Assembly (NCBI GenBank): GCA_002269645.1
Contig: NIVC01000219.1
Location: forward strand, 348,262 to 412,261
Length of the DNA stretch: 64,000 bases
DNA from: Macrostomum lignano
Lineage: Eukaryota
Direction of reading: 5' to 3'
In this document: positions 1 through 11,540 of the stretch, piece by piece
Numbering within the stretch: the first letter of the stretch is position 1
How the letters are laid out: each line of letters starts with the position of its first letter
Notes under the pieces: model-generated
What the model saw: only the letters and a program-made list of their open reading frames with translations
The model's database searches: none
Told to the model about the DNA's origin: nothing
Made by a program: the position numbers and the translations under genes

Positions 1-1236
1 TAAAAAATGAAGATATGCTAAGCGTTGAAGTTAAGCATATTATTGGATTTATTGTTCTTATGGTTAATGAAAGAAAGTAAATAGTCAAAGAAAAGACATT
101 CGTACAGCAAGAAAAGTTGATAATTAATGGTTGGTTATTTGCAAGATGGGGATAAGTCTTAAATGTTTCGTTTAAAACCTACGGAAGTATACTAATTAAT
201 ATGTAAAAACGCAAGATAAACCACGTTTGACGCAAGTTAATCCACCCTGTGTGCGTCGCCTTTGCTCGGTTCGGCTTTCTGAGAGAGTGCAGGTGGTTCG
301 ACTAAAACCTTATTCCCGGAATAGGTTCCGTGTCTCTGACATGTACGGACTGTAGATCTTTCAGACAAGGCGACATGTCGGACAGACTTGTAGACATACT
401 TACGCACGAACGCATAACCACGCGAGTTCTCCGTCGTCTTACCCGCTTACTAGTCTTGACACGCTACTACAGCGGTTTCCGCGACGATCGACGTCCCACG
501 GACGTCAGGTCACTTATAAAATAACAACAGTCGTGATTTTTCATTACTTTTTTAGGTATTCATATCTAATGTGTAACGACGACAGGTTATGACACTTATC
601 GATTGTAACGGCTGTCAACTAAAAAATATTCCTTGCACGTTTCAGCTCGCTTAGGAACTATGAAGCATGTAGTTAGGAATCGATTTTACGGCACAAAAAC
701 TGTCCTCTCCGAAGTATTAAAATATTTCAAAAAACCCTCAAACAAATTAGTTCTTAGAATTGATCGAGGAAAACATTGTTCAGACAAAAAATTGCGTGTT
801 CACAAAGTTACGGGACTCCCCAAGTATCGGTATTGACGTCGACAGTCGAAATGCTCGATCGTTTCTTTCTGTCGCTCAGACGAGGACCAAATAAGTTAGA
901 GGGGTCGTCTGCGTCTATCCGACAGTTCAGAAAATGCTCGAGCGTAAAAGGATTCGACTCGGTGGAGGCTCTGTTAATGTAGGCCTGTTAATGTAGAAGC
1001 TACCGCGCAGACATTACACTTCAGTATTTGCAGTAACACGAAAAAAACTCCGTCCCGCTGTATGCACCCTAACACGACACTTTAGGTGAAATTGTCACAT
1101 AACCGGCGAGAGGCATTATACTGCCCATAACGCTGACTCCGGCCTGAGCAGGCACACAAGCGCGCGGATATACGTGCGAAGTCATACGCCCTGACACACA
1201 ACGACAGCGGCCCTAACTTTATGTATCGTTAGGCAT

Positions 1237-1701
1237 CAGGGCTTGGCATTGTTAGTAGCCCCAAGTATCCAGTACCGAGCAGTCTAACCCAAGTCTGACC
1301 GAGTACCGAGCATTTTACATGTAAAAAGCGGACGAGTACGAAGTACTCACCAGATCTTTATATAATTTATATCGCACAAATGCAATACGTTGAGCAAACT
1401 CAAAAACGTAATTGAGCTGTGCAACTTCTTCTTTAAGCTTCAACTTCACCAGGAAAAATCACTTTTTTGAAAGTTTCTTTCCTAGACCTACCTTTTCTAG
1501 GAAAGAATATCGTGAATATTACTTTTTAAGTTTCAATCCCCTTCACCTCGACATCAAAACTTGACAGTTCAGTTGGGAATGGTTGATAAAATTACTCGTC
1601 TAATACTCGTCAAAACTCGATTGTAAACGATCACCGTTTACAAAAACATTTTTGTACACCCAGTACCAAAGCACCGAGTACCGAGTACTCGCCCAGTCCT
1701 G
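1237..1701. mobile_element. hAT-type non-autonomous element (MITE), 465 bp
   Basis: Imperfect TIRs CAGGGCTTGGC (1237) and GCCCAGTCCTG (ends 1701). Perfect 8-bp TSD TTAGGCAT at 1229-1236 and 1702-1709. Subterminal AGTACCGAG repeats near both ends. No ORF. An 8-bp TSD is typical of hAT. Confidence 0.85.
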
Positions 1702-1811
1702 TTAGGCATGTACCGGTACACTTCACTGTAGCTTTGGAGTTCAGCCCTCAAGGGCATTAATTGAACAAGCAGACCCAAGCCGAGATTACAATTTAGCCCC
1801 TTAAATTAATG

Positions 1812-1872
1812 ATCACTTGAAATCGAATCTGACGTAAAAACACCGTGCTTGACCACTGGGCTACGGCCTCCT
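1812..1872 (-). mobile_element. Degenerate tRNA-derived SINE head (fragment)
   Basis: Minus strand reads GGAGGCCGTAGCCCAGTGGTCAAGC (A-box-like) followed by AGATTCGATTTC (B-box-like). No full cloverleaf. Confidence 0.3.
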
Positions 1873-2653
1873 TATCAAAAAGGTGCTTAAGTTTGTATCC
1901 TTTTTTTACTTGTATGGAAATGAGGTTTATGAAAAGCGTTTAAATAATAAGCAAGTATAGCACCACAATCGGTCAGCAGTTGATGCAGGGACAGTTAGAT
2001 AGTCTAGCGTTTGGAAATACCTCTTTTTTCTTCTGTTAAGGTACTTGAACTTATGTCTCGTGACGCTGAACGCGTATTTTTTTATTGTTCTTGTTGTCTC
2101 CTTGTACTCGTAATAGTTTCAACCAAAATGTTTGGTTGAAAAAAGCTGACGAGACAGTAGCCATCTGTCACTCAATCCCACAATCGCTGTTTTGCTATGC
2201 AGTTTTATTGCCACATTTAGGTTGCATGAGTGGCCTCAGTGATTGGCAGCTGTCCCTGATAAATGCTAAGCACAAAAAATTGCAGTTTTTTCAGAACTTT
2301 TCAATTCAAGTTGAAGCCAAAGTCACTTACCGTGTTTTAAGTGCTGTTTAATAGATAGTTTTGTTGCACGATCGATTCCCTACTAGTCGAAAGTTTTTGA
2401 AAACATTTTTACTTCAAGGTACGAAGTTACACAAAATAAAATACTTTATCGATATGAATTTTCTCAGACTATTAATGGTGCTTTAGTAGTTAATGTACAA
2501 AACCTGTATACAAGTAAAATTTAATTTGCTACGTTAAAATTTGGTTAAGCGGTTGTAGTTATGGATCAACTGCAAAACTATAGCAACCTATAAACAGTTA
2601 AAAAAACTCCAAAGCAAAAATTCGGAATTCTTGCGAATCTATCTGTCAATAAC

Positions 2654-3611
2654 TGTCAATATTAATAATAACAAAACTACTAATCTTCTAGCCCAGGCTT
2701 TTGAGTGCGTGGCCTTTACTTGGCGCGGCCAGTCTATTTTTTGGGTAGTTTGCTTGTTTTGTTGGGCTTAGCCTCAGGGTTTGGGTGCTATTTATGGTGC
2801 GACTCTGGGTTTGCCCACGCCCTGCGTGCTTTTTGTGTTTTGGTGTGCTCCAAGAAAGCAAGCGCGAGACTTGACTTGAGTAAGAAACAGCGACATTAGC
2901 TACCTACGATAACAGAAACCTGAGAGCCCAATTGAGAAGTCAGTCTTTGAAAAAGAGTCTTTGAGAATTGCGAAGAAATTAGAAGCCGCGCTTTGAGACC
3001 TACGAGCCAATCAACAAACGTACGAACCTGCGCTTGAGACCTACAAGCCAATCAACAAACTTGCGAACCTGCGTTTGAGACCTACGAGCCAATCAACAAA
3101 CGTGCGAACCTGCGCTTGAGACCTACGAGCCAATCAACAAACGTGCAAACCTGCGCTTGAGACCTACGAGCCAATCAACAAACGTGCGAACCTGCACCTG
3201 AGACCTACGAGCAATAAACGTACGAACGGCAATTTGGCCACTTGTAAGCCGCCTGCTGCTTGAGTTCATTATTTTCTGGGGAGCTTGTTAGGCTGCAGGG
3301 AGTTCTTGCCAGAGCGTCCTAACGCCGGGAGAGCATATAGCGTATTGTAGCACTGTACCGCCGGCTACTCTATACAGTATGTAAAACCTACAGTATCGAG
3401 ACTAGAAGCACTCGAGAGTGTCACCACACCTCGAGCCGCAGCGTGAACTCTGAGTGTCACAACACCAGAGGGATCGAATTATTATCACAGAGCGTCGTCA
3501 CGCCTGCTCGTATCCATAAAAGTACAAGACAGAGCGTCACAACGCCTGTATATTACGTATAATATATATTGTACTCGGGACTGGGCACCAAAACCGACCC
3601 GGGTTACAACA
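2654..3611 (-). mobile_element. LTR-like repeat (possible solo LTR, left boundary unresolved)
   Basis: Minus strand begins TGT(TGT)AACCCGGG at about 3608-3611. GC-richer non-coding block with an internal tandem array. No convincing TSD found. Confidence 0.3.
2995..3228. repeat. 41-bp tandem repeat x about 5.5 containing GCCAAT
   Basis: Unit GAGACCTACGAGCCAATCAACAAACGTGCGAACCTGCGCTT. Confidence 0.9.
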
Positions 3612-3888
3612 ATACAACCAAAAAAAAATTTTAAGGCAACTTGCTATTTTATTGCCCTAAAATCCAGTTTATCTTGTTAGGAATAAAAACAGATCGATGG
3701 CAAATAAGACAACATGAAATATTACCATTGGCATTCAATAACCACCAGCCAATCACATTCATTCTGCGCGGTCCCAACAGGCTAAAAGCGCTGAAATTCT
3801 GTAAACTTTTACTGTTAAAATTACTCTGTGAGAAATTTCCCCAACTCCATTTTCTCTGAATTGAAACTAGTCAAACTACATTCAGAGA

Positions 3889-5869
3889 ATGACTAACTAT
3901 CTTCTCGTTACAATCGTTTTGTGCATTTTGGGTAAGTACCGTGTTTGACTACTTTTTTCTGTCAACCGATAAAACAAAAAATAACGATAAAATTTTACAG
4001 CCTCAGCTCAAGGTCAAACCGGAACGCTATTCCAAAAATTTGTCGAGCCCATCCATCTCGATGCCACAGTCAGCAGCACCGTCATCAGTCTGACCGGCTC
4101 AGACTCAAAGATCGACTGCGCAGCTCGGTGCCAGAGTTTCCGCTGTGCCGCTGCGGTTCACATTCCGCTGAGCAGCGTCTGCCAGGTGCTGATCATTAAC
4201 GACGCTTCTGAGGTGCCTGGACCGCCTGGGAGTCACGTGACTAGAGTGGTCCGAGCGCAGTCTGGGACTGCTGTGTGGAGGGCGGCTGATTTTTACGACC
4301 TACTGAGGACCAGGGCGAGAGTCAATCTGACCTTTCAAAGTACGTGTTGTCCTTTTTGCATGCAACTAAATTATTTTCGTTAAACAGAAATTTTAATAAA
4401 TAGACCATTCAATGTAGACAATTAGGATTGGCCACCGGTTCCAATACGGTGGGAGCCGCTTAACACGAGGCTGTCGATTTCAATGCACTAATTGGTGCTG
4501 AATTCAGCGAATCTGACACTACATTTAAGCATTCAAAAAAGGCACTTTAAATTTCGATTTCGCAAACCAAAAACCATTCAGACAGCAGCACTGGGAGACT
4601 GGGAAGCGTGCAGCAACTCCTCATCAACATCACCGGCTGCTACAGGATCGAAGCAGGCGGCGCCAGAGGCGGCTTCCGCACATTTCGAACTGGCGGCTGG
4701 GGCGCCACGGCCGCTGGCAGTTTCGGGTTGACCGCCGGAACTCGCCTGGCCATCGCTGTAGGTCAGGCCGGAGCTCCGTCGCTGACGAACCTGGCCGGAG
4801 CTGGCGGCGGAGGCGGCAGCTTCGTGTACACGAACTCGGACACTGTCTACAGGAATGTCTCCATCAGCAACTGGAATGTCAGTGACTGCATGCGGGACGG
4901 TAGTTCGGATGCGGCGACCTGCTACCTGCTGCTAGCGGCTGGCGGCGGCGGCGGCGCCTCGAGCCACAAGGATGGTAAGTTCGTATTTCGAGAAGAGATG
5001 CATGTATACTGGCGCCAGTATAGCTGGTAACTACGAACTCGTAATAGCGAAATCGTGTGCTACTCGTACAATCGTTACACGAGGCTCTTGTTTTCAAGAT
5101 GGTTTTTTTAGGGGGGGGGACTATTTCACAGAATCAATTTGCTTGCAAACGAGGTTGCATACATCTGTTAATTCAACTGCCATTTTGATTCGTCAGTCTT
5201 TCGTCGTCGCTCTGTCGAAGGTCAAAACAACTGACCTCCAGCGAACTATTTTTACAATTGGTAAATGAATCGTTTCGCTCTTTTTAATGGTTGTAAATAT
5301 TTTTAAACCGACGCAAGATAAACTACGAGTAGTAGAGCTATTGCGTCGCTTGCTTTTAATCTTTGCTATTTATAGGTGTAGCTGGGCAGTCGACAACCTT
5401 CGGTTCCGACTCAGTTGGTACGCAAACGGCAACCGTCGGACCGGGCGGCACTAACGGCCATCCCGGATACTCTGATCCCAGCAAGTCCTATCGGGACAAT
5501 TCTCACGGAGGCTTCGGCGCAGGATGGCTCGGTCGAGCCGTAAACGCCCGACGATCCGGCATCGACGGAGACCACGGAGCCAGTCTTGCGGACGACTGGA
5601 AAGGCGGCGCCGCCGGCAACGACAACAAAGGAGGCGTCGGAGGCTTCGGCGGTGGCGGAGGAGGCGGCAACGATCCGGGAGGCTCCGGCGCCGGCGGCGG
5701 CTTTAGCGGCGGAGGCGCAGGCATCGGATACGCTCAGGCCGGTGGTGGCGGTGGCTCCGTCTGTTTTGGAGGCGTCAGTTGCCTCGCCGTCACCGCTGGC
5801 AACGCTGGTCGAGAGCAAGGCTTTGTGACCGCGCGGCTTTTGAACGATCGGTCGGCTGGTTGCGAATGA
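3889..5869 (+). CDS. Secreted protein: signal peptide + PAN/Apple-like 4-Cys module + ALK/LTK-type glycine-rich domain; no TM or kinase
   Basis: Phase-consistent GT-AG exons 3889-3931, 4001-4339, 4582-4974, 5376-5869. Starts MTNYLLVTIVLCILASAQG (signal peptide). Exon 2 has DCAARCQSFRCAAAVHIPLSSVCQV. Exons 3-4 have STGRLG..TGCYRIEAGGARGG..GWGATAAGSFGLTAGTRLAIAVGQAG..GGGGGSFVY..LLLAAGGGGG..GGFGGGGGG..GAGGGFSGG..AGGGGGS, matching the ALK/LTK Gly-rich domain pattern from memory. Confidence 0.8.
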
Positions 5870-6582
5870 TTCCACGATGTGTCACTAAGCCGAAGTAGCA
5901 ATGGAATTTCAAAAAACAAAAACGCTTGATTGACAAGAAGTGAAACGTAATTTAACTCTCGATGCAGAATATACGAGCGTATGGTCTACTTTAATTTTCT
6001 ATAGCTAGAACATTTCTATTGCAATAGTTATTCGTTAACCAATCAGTCGATTCTTCTGTGCATAAAATTCCTCTAAAAATTTGCATATTGGATTCGAACA
6101 TTTACAGTTTTTTTATAAAAACCTTGCAGACTTTACTGAATCTCCTATTTTATACCATGCAGACTATGCTATTGCTGCCGGAAAATGCATATATATATAT
6201 ATGCAGTATATATATACTCCTACTGTTGACCTTTATCTATGACCAAAACCATAACACTGGGCGTAGCCATACTGTCAGCCATATAGACAGTTGTCTATTC
6301 CGGCATGTGACAAACTTGTTAACTGATTATTTGCAACTTCGCAGACCTTGTTTGCCGCTCATGTCTGCGGCATATGCTGCCCTCAAATCCACAGACAGAC
6401 CATGTGCTGTCTCATTCTTTTAAGGACATCGACCATAGACAAAAGTGTCGGACAGAGAATCTATTCCTTCGATGCTCGTAATCTTGCCTGGCAAAATTTC
6501 AGGGGTGTGGGGGTGAAACATCCAGTTCAAACCATAGACAAATAATTTTATCTGATCTGACCCAATTAACTGACAGTCACTA

Positions 6583-7659
6583 TAGCATTTTGCAGTCAAG
6601 TTTGAACTGCGGGCATTCAAATTAGACGCTTGACCAGATCTCACTGCTGGCACAAATGCTATCTATGGCCTAGACAAAATCACACTGGTGGGCACTCAAT
6701 TTAGACAAGGGGCATTCAAATTAGACAAGTTCTCAGGCGCATTGGCTGGGCAATTCAAGATCGTGTTGCGTCTGTTGTCAGACAACCATTCTGTGAACCC
6801 TGAACTATGAAGATAAGAACAAGTTATAACAAAGTAAGCATGTGTGAACAAACAAAACAGGGTGCTCAGCACATCAATGAACAAGAGTCTCACAAGAGTC
6901 TAATCTGATAGAGAATTCAAACGATGTCTTCATTTGCCAGACAGCGTGGGATGAAGCGGAGCGTGTGCTGATACCAGTGAACGCACTTCAGTGGAGTCAC
7001 GTCATCCATCGCGATTTCCCCGCACCTCTGCAGCACCATCAGTCTCCATTGAACGGCAGTCATGTCAGGAGGCGGAACAGCCAATTGTCTCTGAACTTCA
7101 GGAGTTCAGATTTCTGCTCGAGAGACTGTTGAAATGTCAATTGTTGGTATTGCGGGAAACTCAGACAGAAGCGATTCCCGCATTTGCCCGAGTGTCATCA
7201 GAGGGTTGGCATTCAACAAGGCGGCCAGATGGTCCTTCATTGCAGGATTCATTCGACGGTGCCTGGCTCCTCCCCTTGGTAGCGCGTATCGCTGGCCATC
7301 CTGAACAAACTTGTTCCAGATGTTGTACACTGATGATCTCTTGACATCCAACATGTTGGCAATTTCAGCCACAGAGTCACCACGTTGGCATGCCCCAATA
7401 ATGAGGTCACGCTTCTCTCTGGAAATTCTTGCATAGCGACGAATCGGATTGTCCATGGTCTTTCTCTCTGGCACACATAGACTTTCCGCTGCTTGTCTAA
7501 TTTGAATGCCCGTTGTCTAAATTGAGTGCCCGTCAGTGTGTTTCAGTTTGTGCCACAGACATAAAGTTCTGCTTGACTTGGGGACGGATTCTGAAATTTG
7601 GCTCTTCCCTTCTTGTCTAATTTGAATGCCCGCAGTTCAAACTTGACTGCAAAATGCTA
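6583..7659 (-). mobile_element. Tc1/mariner-IS630 superfamily DNA transposon, internally deleted (non-autonomous), IR/DR-type ends
   Basis: 45-bp TIRs TAGCATTTTGCAGTCAAGTTTGAACTGCGGGCATTCAAATTAGAC at 6583-6627 and 7615-7659, each flanked by TA. Minus-strand ORF 7474-7106 is a paired HTH (RSSVYNIWNKF..LPRGG..TLGQMRE..ISTVSR) joined directly to a C-terminal remnant (QWRLMVLQRC; AMDDVTPLKCVHWYQHTLRFIPRCLANEDIV*). The DDE core is missing. Confidence 0.9.
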
Positions 7660-7855
7660 TATGTCTGGCTAAGAAAATGTCAACTTAATGGAAATATACC
7701 TTTTTGCGATCTTGTTTGCCAGAACTGCAATCAATTTTGCCAAAACTGCGACTTAGTTTGCCCATAGCAAGCCAAGAAGAATTTTTGTTGAAAATCAACT
7801 CGGAACTGTGACGAAATAAACTGTAACAGTGAACAATAAACAGCGAGTTTATAAT

Positions 7856-8000
7856 GGTAGACGTAGGCACAAATTCTCTCAATCATAGCATTGTTAAGAG
7901 ACCTCCGCTTGGCACCTCCGCGAGGCAGAGACTCTATACGACCGGTTGCGTTAAATTGTCCAACCATGTAAGTCACGGTTCTTCGTTCCTGAAAGCTGTC
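7856..8000 (-). pseudogene. Second Tc1/IS630-like transposase HTH fragment
   Basis: RTVTYMVGQFNATGRIESLPRGGAKRRSLNNAMIE aligns with RSSVYNIWNKFVQDGQRYALPRGGARHRRMNPAMKD of the adjacent element. Confidence 0.65.
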
Positions 8001-8482
8001 TCTTGCATCAGCAGTTTAGATTGTTGTTATAAAGAGCCCCTTGCCACAAAATAAACTTGATTGCATGACAGCAGACATTTTTTATCTGTCCAGATTTTTG
8101 CTGAATTTCATACTGGGTTTTTAAACAGAATCTACGTCGTAGGCACGTACGAGCCTAGGTAGCAACAAGTCCGCACTTGAACAATAAACCACTCGGGTAA
8201 AAAACAAGAGACATTCAACCTTGTCTGTCATTACTCTGGTCTGGTGGTCTGGATTTTTACTAGCAGCTGTCAATTATTTTCCAACTGAATTGGGCTGTTA
8301 AATTTGCCAAAATCAGTAAAAAAAAATTCCACAAGATTCAATGTGAACAGTCTAAACTTTTCTGCTTCATTTTTTGTAAGAAATATCTATTCAATTCTTG
8401 ACATGTATATACCTCGTAGATATAGTAGGTCCGTTTAGTGATTATCAGTTTCAATTTTCCTTAATTGTTGACACGAGTACAG

Positions 8483-9520
8483 CCTCAACTGAAGGTCAAA
8501 CCGAAAAGCTTTTCCTAGAAGTTGTCGAGAGTCCATCCATCTCGATGTCACAGTACGTAGTCAGCAGCACAATCTGAGCAATCTGCCATTCCGCTGAGCA
8601 AAAAATCCATACAGCTTGAAAGTTCTACATGAAGCAGATGTCTTGTAACTTTACGATTCATGTAGATATAGCCGATCTACAAACGTTGGTTTTCTACGAT
8701 CCTACTACTCATACTAAAACAGTATGCAATAATAATTTTTGTAATAAACTTTCATAAATTTCATTAGCAAGATGAAAATACATCTCTCTTCTGCATGGCA
8801 ATATGAATCTGAAGTTCTCACCCTTTAAATTTCCAGTCTGCAAGTAAAATTTGCATGCGATTAATTGCATGCATATACGAGCGTATTAGTTTGCAAGCTT
8901 GCAAATAAAAATTCTGCAAAAATAATATTGGATAGAGCAAACGGTTAGACTAGATTGTTGGGAGAGATTGGAGGGAGATAATTGAGATTGGGGGAGAGGG
9001 TGGAGGTCAGAGGGAGAGGGTAGATCAGGGGAGAGAGGGTGGAGATAGGAGGAAGAGTAGAGATCAGAAGGGAGAGGGGTGCGGGGTGTGTGGAGATCAG
9101 TAATTAATTCGTTCGGGAAGTTTGAAATCGTAAACCCGCGGTTTCGTAAATTCATTCAATAATGTATAAATTTTATAACTTATTTATAACTTATTTCTCT
9201 AATGTTTCGCTGCGGCACGCTGCATGGACGATTCAGCACAACATCGGTTAGAGTTTTATAACTAAATTACATTGTAAATGTACAAGTTGATTCCAGCAAG
9301 TTCTAAATATATTTAAAAAATACTCCAGGAGGCTGCTGTGCAGGCTTGCTCGGCCAAGTAGTAAACTCCTGACGGGCAAAAGTAGTAACAACGATCCGGG
9401 AGCTTCCGGTGGCTGCGGCTTCAGTCGTGAAGGTGCCGCTTTGGGCTTGATGGAGGCGGAATTCCGTCTGCTTAGGAGCAGAGGTTGCTTCACCGTGACT
9501 GCTGGCAACGCCAGTCGAGA
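8483..9520 (+). pseudogene. Decayed paralog of the 3889-5869 PAN/Gly-rich gene
   Basis: 8483-8600 aligns with exon 2, including the acceptor (cctcaactgaaggtcaaaccg..gtcgagagtccatccatctcgatgtcacag vs cctcagctcaaggtcaaaccg..gtcgagcccatccatctcgatgccacag). 9320-9520 aligns with exon 4 (aacgatccggga..ttccgtctgc..accgtgactgctggcaacgc). Frameshifts and deletions throughout. Confidence 0.8.
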
Positions 9521-9757
9521 TCAATTCTTTTGTGATTGTTTGAATCGAGTTGAAAAAAATTATGCTGCATGTACTTGACTTGAATTATACATGTACTTGT
9601 ACTTTTTCAACAACTTGATTGAACTGCTACTCTAAAACAGTTTAACTTGCGATATTATAGAGGCGTATATCAGTTATTTGTGTCTATTTGTATGCTATGC
9701 AGCACAATTTTTTCTAACAGCGCTACATAAACACATGTTTGCTAATTTGATGGAGAG

Positions 9758-10599
9758 TGTCACGTTATTGGCGTAGCGGCCAGCTATGCGGTGACCCTTA
9801 AAAGGGCCGTTTTAGTCCCAAAATAAGTTGAAGTCAATTCTTGTAAAGCGGATTTTGTAGCGGAGCACTTGGCGATAAAGGCAGGAACTGCCGTAGTTGT
9901 CTTTATTGTTAATATCAGTATTAAGTTTGGTTGTTACTGGCAATAAACAGACTATAGCTTTCTGGGCACTGGCGGCTGCAGCAATGGGTTGAATATAAAT
10001 TGGATATGAAGTCAAGTGGCAGGCGAATGACACAATGGCGACGTGACGTGAGCAGTGGCTATGAGCACCGTGAAGGCAGTGAAACGTAGTGGTGAGTTGG
10101 CGTCGGTCGTGGCGTGAAACAGTCAAGTAAGTGTGTGAGCAGGCTGGCCCAGACAGAAGGGCCGTGGTGAGAAATAAGGAGGCTCGAGGCAGCCAGACAA
10201 ACAGATAAGACAGCTAAGAGGCCGCAGGGAAGGAAACAAGGAACAAGCGGAGAGAGAGGAGCGAGAGAGAGCGAGGGGAGCGTGGAGTGCCCGCCGCCAG
10301 GCGGGGGGGTTTAATAAAAGAGCGCAGAGGGGGGTAGCGCGAACACGAGTGATTTCATTGGCTGGCGAGAGAACTTAAAATTATCGATCGTGCCAATTTT
10401 ATACGGTTGCGAGAGAGGATAGCAAAATATACAATGAATTATAAATTGCCACAAAATCGTTGGGCACTACTAAAAGTAAACGTCGCAATAAACGAATGGA
10501 AAAGTTTAGTTGAAACGGTGAAACTGAAGGGTTGAATGACTATGGAGAACAGCAGTCCAACGGCCCTTTTCGGGACCACCTTAAACTGACAACGTCACA
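9758..10599 (-). mobile_element. Solo LTR, 842 bp
   Basis: Termini TGTCACGTT...AACGTCACA (TG..CA, near-perfect IR). 5-bp TSD GAGAG at 9753-9757 and 10600-10604. Orientation inferred from a minus-strand AATAAA at about 9902-9907. Confidence 0.85.
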
Positions 10600-11339
10600 G
10601 AGAGCATTCTTTAAAATTATTCCCTTAATTTTATTGTCTCGTTCGTTGGGTACGAAAACGAAACATTTTTGTTCAAATTTAAAACAAGCTTTAAAAAGTT
10701 GAAAGTCACGCAATTCAACCTCCTCAATCAATCATTGTAATTTTATAAAATCAATTATTCAGATAGACTGGCTCTTAAAGATCAATTAATGCATCGCTGT
10801 AGTATATCGTTGTGCAGCCATTTCCCATTTCTGACACTAAACTGCAATATTTGCATATGCTGCCTATTCAAGGCCCATTCCATATAATATCAAGATGGAC
10901 ATATTTGGAAAATAGAAAAAAGTCAATATTTTTGCTTGTCATTGCCTTATCAGCCATTTTTTAACCAAATCTTTTTTGTATGAAATGTATACAATCTAAG
11001 AATAAAAAAATGATAAAATGTTGGATTAGGCCCTAGTATGTTATCAATTGGCAAAAAGTTATTTTTTGTAAAAAATGTACATTTTCTAAGCAAAAGACAT
11101 CATTAGGTTTATGTATCTTTTAAAAACTAATAGAAGGCTTTAGACGGTTAAAACAAACTATATATAAAATTATAGTACTTGCATCATCAGATAAAAACAT
11201 TAGCAACCATATAATCTATTATATTTTTAATATAGGGCCTATATAGGGGCCTATTAGTAGGCCTACCTCAAAGTTACTGAACTGACAGAAAAAATATGAC
11301 CATAATGTTACGACCATAAGACTGCCTTTTCTTTTGTAT

Positions 11340-11540
11340 TATTATAGGGGTCGTGGAGGAGGAAAGGTTATCCTATTGCTGATACCAAATTGTTGTAGGC
11401 CTCTTGGCTCTCTGGGAAATTATACTGTTGCTGTCTAATTTATTATAACGGAGTTGGGGGTTACTGGTTTTTATTTTATTACTAACACAAGAATTATTTT
11501 GGCAATTTCTTAGGATTTGGGGAGAAATACACAATTTCTA
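11340..11540 (-). repeat. Gypsy 3' LTR (shared part; extent beyond 11540 unresolved)
   Basis: Direct repeat of 19911-20110. No clear polypurine tract located. Confidence 0.75.

Noticed and set aside
2649-3616. TSD for the LTR-like block at 2654-3611
   Set aside because: Candidate flanks ATAAC and ATACA/ACAAT do not match, so the solo-LTR call is kept at low confidence.
5411-5875. Overlapping antisense and alternate-frame ORFs at the Gly-rich exon, NUP35 and RNF14 exons
   Set aside because: GC-rich codon shadows with no independent motifs.
8960-9100. Purine-rich strand-biased tract (possible triplex or G4)
   Set aside because: Low-complexity insert within the pseudogene with no regular G-run spacing; nothing further supports function.
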